A stretch of DNA of 64,000 nt from Candidatus Hydrogenedentota bacterium (GTDB lineage Bacteria; Hydrogenedentota; Hydrogenedentia; Hydrogenedentales; SLHB01), in NCBI GenBank assembly GCA_963745075.1, contig CAVUWV010000013.1, forward strand, positions 96,001 through 160,000, written 5' to 3'. The notes beneath the pieces are model-generated. The model made no database searches. It saw only the letters and a program-made list of their open reading frames with translations, and was not told where the DNA came from. Shown here one piece after another: positions 9,770 through 17,939 of the stretch (positions are counted from its first letter, which is position 1; the number at the start of each line of letters is the position of its first letter). A program made the translations under genes and the position numbers.

Positions 9770-10573
9770 ATGCGTCTTGGGAGTACCTGCATATGTCGCG
9801 TCGTTCCCGTTTCGATCGTCGCCGTGCTTATGTTCTGCCCGTTGGCGCCAGCGGACTCGATCGCGGTGGACGGCAAAACCTATGACAATGTCGTTGTCCG
9901 CGAAAGTGCGACCCGTTATGTGGTCGAGTTGCCCGACAGCGGCAAGATTCTCAGCGTGAACAAGGATCAAATCGATAGCGGCGCCGTTCATGTCGAACGT
10001 GGCGCGGATCGAGACGCTTTGCACGCGCGGTGGGAAGAGAACAACCCGTACGTCGATGCGAAGCCGGCCAAGATAGACACAACCGCTCCCCAATCGACCG
10101 CCGAATCTACGGATACGAAGCCGGTCCTCATTAGGAACGTGCACAAGGGCCAGGAACCGAGGCAGTCCGCAGACCAGTCGGATCCATCCATTGCGCAGCG
10201 TTATAACGGATTGCTGGGTCCGGCTGGTCGCCACGTAGCCCGGACGAATGGCGGGTTTCAGGCGGTCGCTCCCGTTCGCAACGAGGACATCGTGATCCAT
10301 CAGGAGGGAGGCCGCAGTGCGGCGGTCGCGTCGCCGGGCGGGTATGGCGGCGGTGTGGCGGCGGCTCGGGGTGGCGCGTACGGAGGGGCAGGGGCTGGGG
10401 CTGGCTTCGGAGGCGGCCGCGGCGGCGGGTATGGTGGCGCCGGAGGCGGATACGGTGGTGGCGGAGGCGGTGCCTTCTTCAGCAATATCTCCGAACTCTT
10501 TTCGACGATCGACGACCGCCTCGTTGGCGAGACACCGGCGCAGATTGGCCTCCAGATTTCCGTGAGCCGCTGA
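9770..10573 (+). CDS. Hypothetical exported protein with a glycine-rich segment
   Basis: GGAGGA RBS before ATG 9770, signal-peptide-like N-terminus, GGYGG/GGRGG low-complexity tract. Confidence 0.72.
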   Translation: MRLGSTCICRVVPVSIVAVLMFCPLAPADSIAVDGKTYDNVVVRESATRYVVELPDSGKILSVNKDQIDSGAVHVERGADRDALHARWEENNPYVDAKPAKIDTTAPQSTAESTDTKPVLIRNVHKGQEPRQSADQSDPSIAQRYNGLLGPAGRHVARTNGGFQAVAPVRNEDIVIHQEGGRSAAVASPGGYGGGVAAARGGAYGGAGAGAGFGGGRGGGYGGAGGGYGGGGGGAFFSNISELFSTIDDRLVGETPAQIGLQISVSR

Positions 10574-10619
10574 ACTTTCTCCGTCGCACACGCGGTCGAA
10601 CATGGCCCGGGGCAACGAT

Positions 10620-10648
10620 TTGACTTGAGCCCGGATGTTTGGTATTCT
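10620..10648 (+). promoter_or_regulatory. Putative sigma70 promoter of rplM-rpsI
   Basis: TTGACT-N17-TATTCT with a TG just upstream of the -10. Confidence 0.6.
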
Positions 10649-10893
10649 CCTGCGTCGCATTGAACCCCGACGGGAAAGTTCTGCGCGTGCAGACTGTCCG
10701 GACGGGGGGAGCATGCGCCTGCAACACGATGTGCGGCGCTTTACCGGGCAGATCCCGTTACCTGCCGGTGCGGTACAACGATGGCCAAGGGGTTGGTAGG
10801 CCGCTTGTCCCAGGCGTTTCAGGCACCTGTTGGCGTCTGAGAAACCGGAGTCTCGCGAACGCATGCCGTTCGCTTCCGTGGAGGAATGAACGC

Positions 10894-11322
10894 GTGAAGA
10901 CATATGTCCCCAAGCAGGGGGAGATTGAGAAGAAGTGGCACGTCATCGACGCCGAAGGCAAGGTGTTGGGCCGGGTGGCCGTGGAAGCCGCGAAGCTTTT
11001 GCGCGGCAAGCACAAGCCCCAGTACACGCCGTACCTGGATTGCGGCGACAACGTCATCATCATCAACGCCGAGAAGGCCAAGGTTACCGGGAAGAAGGCG
11101 GAAGCGAAAATGTACTATCGCCATTCCGGGTATCCCGGCGGCATGTCGGAAACGAATTACACCCGGTTGATTGCCAAACATCCGACGCGGGCCATGACGC
11201 TGGCGGTCCAGGGTATGCTGCCCCACAACCGGCTGGGGCGCAAACTGGCCAAGCATCTGCGGGTCTACGCCGGTCCCGATCACCAGCAAGAGGCCCAGAA
11301 CCCGCAACCCTATACGCTTTGA
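10894..11322 (+). CDS. rplM: 50S ribosomal protein L13
   Basis: GTG start after GGAGGA; KWHVIDAEGKVLGR, LRGKHKPQYTP, YYRHSGYPGG. Confidence 0.98.
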   Translation: MKTYVPKQGEIEKKWHVIDAEGKVLGRVAVEAAKLLRGKHKPQYTPYLDCGDNVIIINAEKAKVTGKKAEAKMYYRHSGYPGGMSETNYTRLIAKHPTRAMTLAVQGMLPHNRLGRKLAKHLRVYAGPDHQQEAQNPQPYTL

Positions 11323-11375
11323 TGGCATCGTGAATCCGGTACCGCCGGATCTTCGCAGGAAAAGAGGATAACAAC

Positions 11376-11774
11376 GTGGCAGAGATTAGCAATGAAATCG
11401 TGACCGTCGGCCGGCGCAAATCCGCCGTGGCCCGCGTCCGCATGAAGCCCGGCACCGGCGTGGTCGTGGTGAACGGCAAGCCTGTCGAAGAATACCTCGC
11501 GCGCGAGGTCCTCGTCATGGTCGCCCGTCAGCCCTTCGAGGTCACCGACAACATGGGCAAATACGACATCCGCGCCAAATGCGATGGTGGCGGTCTGGCT
11601 GGTCAGGCCGGCGCACTGCGGCTCGGCATCGCCCGTGCCCTGGTCGAGACCAACGAAAAATTCCGCCCTATGCTGCGCAAAGCCGGTCTGTTGACCCGCG
11701 ACGCCCGCGAGGTCGAACGCAAAAAGTACGGCCAACCCGGCGCCCGCAAACGCTTCCAGTTCTCCAAGCGCTAA
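11376..11774 (+). CDS. rpsI: 30S ribosomal protein S9
   Basis: [43 protein letters not shown]. Confidence 0.98.
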   Translation: MAEISNEIVTVGRRKSAVARVRMKPGTGVVVVNGKPVEEYLAREVLVMVARQPFEVTDNMGKYDIRAKCDGGGLAGQAGALRLGIARALVETNEKFRPMLRKAGLLTRDAREVERKKYGQPGARKRFQFSKR

Positions 11775-11803
11775 ACCCGCGCCAATCGTATTCGCGAAAT
11801 GCT

Positions 11804-11835
11804 GCGTCCTCCCATCCAGGGAGGACGCTTTTTTT
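11804..11835 (+). terminator. Rho-independent terminator after rpsI
   Basis: GCGTCCTCCC-ATCCA-GGGAGGACGC stem followed by T7. Confidence 0.88.
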
Positions 11836-11924
11836 GACGCGTCTTGTGTCGGCCGGCGGCATGTTCAATCCAGGATCGTGCCTTACGAAGAAACCAATGT
11901 TTCCACCAGGAACTGAACCTGGGC

Positions 11925-11958
11925 ACACTGGGAGCGCCACGCACCGGCGTGGCGAATT
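11925..11958. repeat. REP-like palindrome family A, copy 1
   Basis: ACACTGGGAGCGCCACGCACCGGCGTGGCGAATT with inner hairpin CGCCACGC/GCGTGGCG; 33/34 identical to 13935-13968. Confidence 0.85.
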
Positions 11959-12045
11959 TACAGGCTGCCCCGAGCCTTTTGCCGTAACTTAATCAGCATG
12001 CCGTTTTGAGCTAAGATTATAGTTGGTGTCGAATAAGGGGGGAGC

Positions 12046-13005
12046 GTGAGAACATGGTTCCAGATCCTGCCGGGGCTTGTGCTATTTGCCGCGGCTACTA
12101 CCTTGTGGCCGGGAGTCCCGGGACATTTGCAGCCGTTGCAGCAGTGCGTCGCCGCCTTGGGACAGAATCCCAACCATGAGCAGAAGAACGCACCCGTCGC
12201 CCCGGACAGGAATCGCCCTTCCTATGCGGGGACATGGGCGTTGTGGGACGCGGAAGGCCAATACCTCACCACAGCGGAGATCGTCGACATTCACGATCGA
12301 TTTGGTGCTGGAATACTCTTCTTTCGTTCCGAAACAAAACACGACCTGGATTTTAAGCGCCTGAAAAACGCGGGCTTGGCGCTGATCAAGGTGGCCCATC
12401 CGGGCTACGCACCATTCAAGGATGCAACCTTCCTGGACGATGAACTGCGGGTACGCGAGTGGGCGCGGACAGCCGCCGGAAATCCCTTCATCGATGGAAT
12501 CGCCTTGGACATTGAAGGTCCCACAGCAACCACTCACAAGAACTTGTTTCGTGTCCTGGCCGAAGAGGCGCACGCTCGGAACAAGACGTTTCACGCCGTT
12601 CCTCATTTCGCGTTGTTTAACCGATGGGAAGGCACGCTGACGCCGCAAGAGATCAACACGTACGCGGACGTGGTGTGGCCGTGGCTTTATAACCGCTTCC
12701 GGCAACCAAACTACGGCCAGGGTCTGGTGTCCATGCTAGCCTACTGGCGAGACAAAGGCGTGACCGTTCCAACCTATCCCATTTTCGACCACGGTAGAAC
12801 CGATTACTCAGGCATCGCGCCCTCGGAAGCCCGGGAAGTGCCGTCTATCCTCAAGAAGGCGGGCGTCGAGACCGTATGCCTCTTTCAGCCACACGTCAGC
12901 TACCGCAGCCTTACAGAATCGGAAGACTATGCAGCCTTGTGGCGAAACCTGGCCAAGGCGTACGGGAACAAGGGCGACGACGTTGTAGAACGCATTGGTG
13001 AATAG
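12046..13005 (+). CDS. Hypothetical exported protein, possible glycoside-hydrolase-like TIM barrel
   Basis: Signal-peptide-like start, GGGGGAG RBS; IDGIALDIEG resembles a degenerate GH18 DxxDxDxE motif. Confidence 0.65.
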   Translation: MRTWFQILPGLVLFAAATTLWPGVPGHLQPLQQCVAALGQNPNHEQKNAPVAPDRNRPSYAGTWALWDAEGQYLTTAEIVDIHDRFGAGILFFRSETKHDLDFKRLKNAGLALIKVAHPGYAPFKDATFLDDELRVREWARTAAGNPFIDGIALDIEGPTATTHKNLFRVLAEEAHARNKTFHAVPHFALFNRWEGTLTPQEINTYADVVWPWLYNRFRQPNYGQGLVSMLAYWRDKGVTVPTYPIFDHGRTDYSGIAPSEAREVPSILKKAGVETVCLFQPHVSYRSLTESEDYAALWRNLAKAYGNKGDDVVERIGE

Positions 13006-13070
13006 ACTGGTCATGATGGCATAAGAAACGCCGGACTCTCCATCGACTACGTGGTCGGAATGGACACGGA

Positions 13071-13740
13071 TTACCCCAGCGGTTTAATCCGCAGATTCCG
13101 GAAGGACAATTGCGTTCCGTGTCCCGCAAGGGAAAGGTGTCCGCTGGTCCGTTGTAGACCGGGATGGTCCTTGCCATCGGGAGTCGGCGCGCCGTCGCGA
13201 TAAGGGGCGAGATCGGCATCGACGATGACCGCGCCGTTCAGCGTGACGCGCACCCGCGTGCCTTCAACCCGAATCTCTTCCTCATTCCATTCCCCCACGG
13301 GCTTCAGGTGACCCGTTTTCGCAGGGATGATCCCGTAAACCGAACCGTGGTGCTGCCATGGTTTGGCCGCCGCGAACTTTTCCGCGGAGTCGTCGAGGAT
13401 CTGAATCTCCAGCCCGTCCCGCGACGCCTTGCCATCCATGGGCACATGGATCCCGATCCCATTGTTGGCGCCCGGCGTCAGTTTGAATTCAAACCGCAGG
13501 ATGAAGTCGGAGTATTCGCGCTCCGTGTACAGGTTTCCTTTCGGATTCAGCCTCCAAGACCCCGTCCACGGCCCGGTACCCGTCCGTGTCGCCGGCCCAC
13601 CCGGTCAAATCCTTGCCATTGAAAATCGAAACGAACCCTTCTTCGTCCGGTTTTGCCTGCGAAGCATGCGCAATTCGAGACGCAACGAGACCAAGGCCGG
13701 TTACCAGAACACCCAGCAGGATTAATGTCGCTTTCTTCAC
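13071..13740 (-). CDS. DUF1080 / 3-keto-disaccharide hydrolase family protein (frameshift near 13550)
   Basis: GFVSIFNGKDLTGW in one frame, then GNLYTEREYSDFILRFEFK...NNGIGI...LEIQILDD...GEWNEEEI...FRNLRIK after removing one base. Confidence 0.88.
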
Positions 13741-13934
13741 TCGAACTCCCCTTCGGTTACCGGCGTGGCAAAGCAGGTCTCCGCCGACACCATTTTTGTC
13801 GAGAATCTTCATGAGTGTAATCCCCGCGTCACGTCCTATCAAACACGCGGGAAATTGGCACGCAGCCACGCGGATTCCCGTAAGGGAGAGATTCACGCAA
13901 GAAATTCAGCAGACCCCGAGCACGCCACGTAGCA

Positions 13935-13968
13935 ACACTGGGAGCGCCACGCACCAGCGTGGCGAATT
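13935..13968. repeat. REP-like palindrome family A, copy 2
   Basis: Direct repeat of 11925-11958 with one mismatch in the hairpin loop. Confidence 0.85.
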
Positions 13969-14052
13969 CATCGTCTGCCTCTGGATTTCCCCCGAATTTC
14001 CTTCCGTGAATCTCACCAGTCCAACCGAGCCTTGCCAGCATTCTACAACTCC

Positions 14053-14218
14053 GTGGCCGAAGGGCCTGAATACCCATAGTCACGCCACAGGCGTGATTGG
14101 CCGCCGCGCAGCAAGGTCAACTCGAGGCTGGGAGTATATAGGCCCTTCGGGCCATTACGGCGGCTTGGCGCCGCCGCGTGATTAGCGCAAGCAGGTGGCG
14201 CCGTCGGGCGGTGGGATC
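14053..14218. repeat. Long palindromic element family B, copy 1 (internally deleted), with 13-bp tandem tail
   Basis: Left end TGGCCGAAGGGCCTGAATACCCATAG..., right end AGGCCCTTCGGGCCAT (14140-14155); about 140 bp of the centre is missing relative to copies 2 and 3. Confidence 0.85.
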
Positions 14219-14337
14219 GAGAATATAATCTTGTATCCCCCAAATTCATGCAAGCCATAGTTGAATCTCCTTGTCCAGTAAAATCTTCCGGCGCCGTGAC
14301 TTGCCCCAATTCTCAGCCCGCCGAGTGGTGAGCACGT

Positions 14338-15108
14338 CTAACGCGGTCCTTTTCTTCGAGTCATTTGAGTCCCTGCCAGAGCAAGTGCGACGGCGGCGAG
14401 GCCCAGCGCTATCGGTCCCCCAACCGGCATGGTGACGAGATTCACATCGGGAATCTCGGGACCCGTAAGTCGAATTTCATCTACGTCAATCTGGTCTCCC
14501 CCTGCTCCGGTCACGTCAGCACGGGCGAGCATGTATATGGTGGTGTTGGTAGCCAGGTTTTCACCTGAAGGCCCCAGGTCAATGGTATGCAGCGTGATAT
14601 ACGCAGAACCGTCCAGAGAGTACAAGAAATCCAGCGTGTTGCCGGTTCGTACTATGTGAAGGGAATGGACATCGCTTGCTATGGGCGTAAACGTCCCCGG
14701 AATCGGCGCACCGTTGCGCCCCACGGCGATAGCGATACCGGACCCATCCATGATCCGGTAGATCCCGAACCAGGGAACACCTTCGGAAACGGGCCTAAAT
14801 GACACCTCAACCCCAATGGCGTCGTAGCTCCCAGGTGTAAGAACAGGCGTCTGAGGCTGGACAAACATCATGTCATAAGTGAAGTCGCCCGGCGCGAGCG
14901 GCCCCATTGTGCCACTGGGGGTCTCAAGAAGATCGTAGTCATTGGGATCCACCCCAAAAGTGAATGTCATGTCACTAGCACCATATGTTATCTCGCCGGG
15001 AGGAAGGTGTACTGGATCGCTGTTGCCCGTGTAGATCGCACTGCCCGCGAAAGCAGACCCACACAGCAAAAGTACTGCCGGCATTATGACGAATGCCATC
15101 CTAAACAT
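14338..15108 (-). CDS. Exported protein with a PEP-CTERM/IPTL-like C-terminal sorting signal
   Basis: ATG 15108 after AAGAGAGG; signal peptide MFRMAFVIMPAVLLLCGSAFA; beta-rich body; C-terminus TMPVGG + TM helix + RRK. Confidence 0.75.
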   Translation of the reverse strand: MFRMAFVIMPAVLLLCGSAFAGSAIYTGNSDPVHLPPGEITYGASDMTFTFGVDPNDYDLLETPSGTMGPLAPGDFTYDMMFVQPQTPVLTPGSYDAIGVEVSFRPVSEGVPWFGIYRIMDGSGIAIAVGRNGAPIPGTFTPIASDVHSLHIVRTGNTLDFLYSLDGSAYITLHTIDLGPSGENLATNTTIYMLARADVTGAGGDQIDVDEIRLTGPEIPDVNLVTMPVGGPIALGLAAVALALAGTQMTRRKGPR

Positions 15109-15344
15109 AATGTTACCTCTCTTTCTTACGAAGGTTTTCCAGATGACCCGCTTCCCCCATGCCTCGAAGAGATTGCCCATGACAATGTAGCAACTGCGCC
15201 CTGGTCGACCCTCTTCCGACAGGCGATCCCAAGGATCTTGGGTGAAAAGGCAATATTCGAGATTACCCATATGGAAGATTCAAGGGAAGATTTAGAAGAT
15301 TTAGGGCACGAATTAGTGTTTTCCCCGCCGGTCGCGACGCCTGG

Positions 15345-15515
15345 CTAAGGTTTTCGGCAGCGTTTAGCGGGGCGGAGGAGGTGGCCGAGCAGGGTCTCCA
15401 ACTGTGGCACGAATTGGTCGTCGCCGGAGCGGCGCCCGATACGGGTCTTGCGACGTATTCGATAGACACCATCGGGGTTGCTCTCCAAGCGGTTCCACTC
15501 CGCCCAATCCCCTAT
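15345..15515 (-). pseudogene. Remnant resembling the C-terminus of a RAYT-type Y1 (HUH) transposase
   Basis: Start-less frame IGDWAEWNRLESNPDGVYRIRRKTRIGRRSGDDQFVPQLETLLGHLLRPAKRCRKP*. It resembles the DW..WL...IR..TRTGRP.G...F...LE..LGR.LRP.K.GRKP tail that I recall from Y1_Tnp/RAYT proteins. Confidence 0.68.
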
Positions 15516-15542
15516 CGAGTTAGAGTCGGAAGAACCTGAATT

Positions 15543-15571
15543 TGTATAACACGAAGCTCATGACGCGTCAA
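15543..15571 (-). promoter_or_regulatory. Putative sigma70 promoter adjoining element B copy 2
   Basis: Minus strand reads TTGACG-N17-TATACA with an extended TG; same boxes at 17860-17888. Confidence 0.6.
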
Positions 15572-15611
15572 GGGCCCGAGAAGATCGAGCGTGCGGTTCT
15601 TCGACGACGCC

Positions 15612-15917
15612 ATGGTCCGAAGGGCCTGAATACCCATAGTCACGCCACAGGCGTGATTGGCCGCCGCGCAGCAAGGCCTACCCGGGGTCCGTGGATTTCC
15701 GTTTCGGTCGATACCCCGGAGGGGTTACATAGTCAAAATCCGGTTATGTATTCCCTTCGGGGAATTGAGAAGGTGGGGCCGTGGTGACCCCGGGTAGACC
15801 CACGCTTCGCGTGCGTCAACCCGGGGCTGCGAGTATGTAGGCCCTTCGGGCCATTACGGCGGCTTCACGCCGCCGCGTGATTGGCATCACCGGTTGGAGC
15901 AAACGGGTGGTGCCATC
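15612..15917. repeat. Long palindromic element family B, copy 2 (REPIN/MITE-like), with 13-bp tandem tail
   Basis: ATGGTCCGAAGGGCCT...AGGCCCTTCGGGCCAT terminal inverted repeats (15612-15854), nested hairpins, three 13-bp units at 15879-15917. Confidence 0.88.
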
Positions 15918-16035
15918 GAGGCGGGGGATATTCAGGGGGAATTCACCGACAGACTACGAATTGGAAGATCCAGCGGGATTCTTCATGTCCTTGAATTCCC
16001 GTGCGATTATTCGCGAGCGATTCGGAGCGCGGCCA

Positions 16036-16842
16036 TTAGTTGTTGTCCTTACCCTCTACGCCTTGAAGCTTCTCAATGTTCTTCTGCGACCAATAGTTCA
16101 TCTCGTCTTCGTTCATAACTTCGCCGAATATGAACTTACCGTCCTTGCGGTAGTCCAGATCAACCGAATCGGAATTGGGGCGGTAAATGTACGTGTACGA
16201 CAGCGGAACAGGCGATTGGGCAAGGATGGCGCATAGCGCTTCCCGCGCCGTTACGCCGCTAACAGATACCGTGACTACCTGGTCGTCCACGATCGCCGGG
16301 TAAGGATTCCGGAATTCGTCCGGGCCTGCAGGAAAGAAGGTCAACCTATAGTCTGACTTCGAGTTTTGGTTAATTGCGCGGCCTAGCGCGCAGCATGCTT
16401 CCCAGACACTAGCATCGCTTACCTCCAAGGATACAACAACGTCAAGGTTATTGACGGGGGGGGCACCCGCTTGTCTGACGGGAAAGATAACGATTTGGTC
16501 GTGGATAACGTCCCATGTAAGTGTACCTGCGGTAGCTCCGACGAACCGGTCAAGACATTGATCTAGTTTGTCGCCTTTCGAAACCGTTAATGCAATTTGT
16601 GGTTGAGCGGCTATGGGTACCGACCGTCCCAAGTCAGGTATGTTTTCAAATGAAATCGGGACGTCGAAAACGCGGTGCAGCTTATTAAAGGCTATGCCAT
16701 ACATCGACGCCGCGTCTTTCGTGCCGCTAATTGGCTCCTTGGCAGTAGCTTCCAGCTCCTCTGTTGCGTCACCCACAGCCGCCACCGAATGTGCGCTGAC
16801 CAGTATGAGCAACAATGCAAGAGGATTTTTCGCAGTGTTCAT
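16036..16842 (-). CDS. Hypothetical exported protein, tandem paralog 2
   Basis: Signal peptide; about 70% identical by eye to 16897-17733 over the mature part (e.g. DASVWEACCALGRAINQNSKSDY). Confidence 0.82.
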   Translation of the reverse strand: MNTAKNPLALLLILVSAHSVAAVGDATEELEATAKEPISGTKDAASMYGIAFNKLHRVFDVPISFENIPDLGRSVPIAAQPQIALTVSKGDKLDQCLDRFVGATAGTLTWDVIHDQIVIFPVRQAGAPPVNNLDVVVSLEVSDASVWEACCALGRAINQNSKSDYRLTFFPAGPDEFRNPYPAIVDDQVVTVSVSGVTAREALCAILAQSPVPLSYTYIYRPNSDSVDLDYRKDGKFIFGEVMNEDEMNYWSQKNIEKLQGVEGKDNN

Positions 16843-16896
16843 ATTTGCCACTTTCTTACCTATCACAATAGGGTCACGTGTTCCGGAGCGGGGCCA

Positions 16897-17733
16897 CTAG
16901 TTGTTGTCCTTACGCTCTACGCCTTGAAGCTTTTCCGCGTTCTTTTGCGACCAATACTTCACCTCGTTTTTGTCCATAGCGTCGCCGTACATAATTTTGC
17001 CGTCTTTACGGTAGTCCAAATCAACCGAATCCAAATCAAGGCCACATATGTACCTGTACGAAAGCGGAACCGGCGCTTGGGAGAGGATGGCACACAGCGC
17101 TTCCCGCGCGGTTACGTCACTAACGGATACGGTGACGACGCGGTCATCCACAATCGCCGGGTAAGGATTCCGGACTTCGTCCGGCCCCGATGGAAAGAAG
17201 GTCAACTTATAGTCCGACTTCGAGTTTTGGTTAATCGCACGGCCGAGCGCACAACACGCTTCCCAGACACTAGCATCGTGTACCTCCAACGATACAATAA
17301 CGTCGAGGTTGTCGATGGGTGGGTCACCCGCTTGTCGAGCGGGAAAGATGACGATTTGGTCGTGGATAACGTCCCATCTAAGGGCCCCTTTGGTGGCCTC
17401 CATGAACCGGTCAAGACATGGCCCCAGTCTTTCCCCTTTCGTAATCGGGAATGCAATTTGTGGTTGCGTCGCGATATCTGTCGACCGACCCGATTCAGGC
17501 AGGCCCTCGAACGATATCGGAACGTCGAAAACGTAGAGCAGTTCATTAAATACACCGTCATACCCCCACGCCGCGCCTTTCGTGCCAACTGCTTCCTTGG
17601 CTCTAGCATCCAACCTTTCTGTTGCCTGACCCGCAGCCTGGGGCCAAGAGGCAGCCGAATGAAGGGACAACAACACGCCACACGTGAGCCAAACAAGAAT
17701 GGAATTAGCCTGGGGTAGTCTCTTCTTCTTCAT
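16897..17733 (-). CDS. Hypothetical exported protein, tandem paralog 1
   Basis: AAGAGGGAA RBS, signal peptide, paralog of 16036-16842. Confidence 0.82.
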   Translation of the reverse strand: MKKKRLPQANSILVWLTCGVLLSLHSAASWPQAAGQATERLDARAKEAVGTKGAAWGYDGVFNELLYVFDVPISFEGLPESGRSTDIATQPQIAFPITKGERLGPCLDRFMEATKGALRWDVIHDQIVIFPARQAGDPPIDNLDVIVSLEVHDASVWEACCALGRAINQNSKSDYKLTFFPSGPDEVRNPYPAIVDDRVVTVSVSDVTAREALCAILSQAPVPLSYRYICGLDLDSVDLDYRKDGKIMYGDAMDKNEVKYWSQKNAEKLQGVERKDNN

Positions 17734-17859
17734 AGTTAGTTCCCTCTTCTATCCCGTCTGAGAATGTAGGGACGGAATACGAACTCGGCATGGATTACCA
17801 TCCGAGCGGCGCCACAGCACCCGATTCTCCGGCGAGTCAGAGTCGCAAGAACCTGCTTT

Positions 17860-17888
17860 TGTATAACACGGCGATTACGGTACGTCAA
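17860..17888 (-). promoter_or_regulatory. Putative sigma70 promoter adjoining element B copy 3
   Basis: Minus strand reads TTGACG-N17-TATACA, pointing into the paralog pair. Confidence 0.6.
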
Positions 17889-17939
17889 GGGTCATAGAGA
17901 TTGGACCTGAGGGGATCTGTGCCTTCTTCCGACAACGCC

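Noticed and set aside
15263..15472. 69-aa ORF MVSIEYVARP in the track
   Set aside because: An overlapping frame on the same strand gives the transposase-like remnant, which explains the sequence better.
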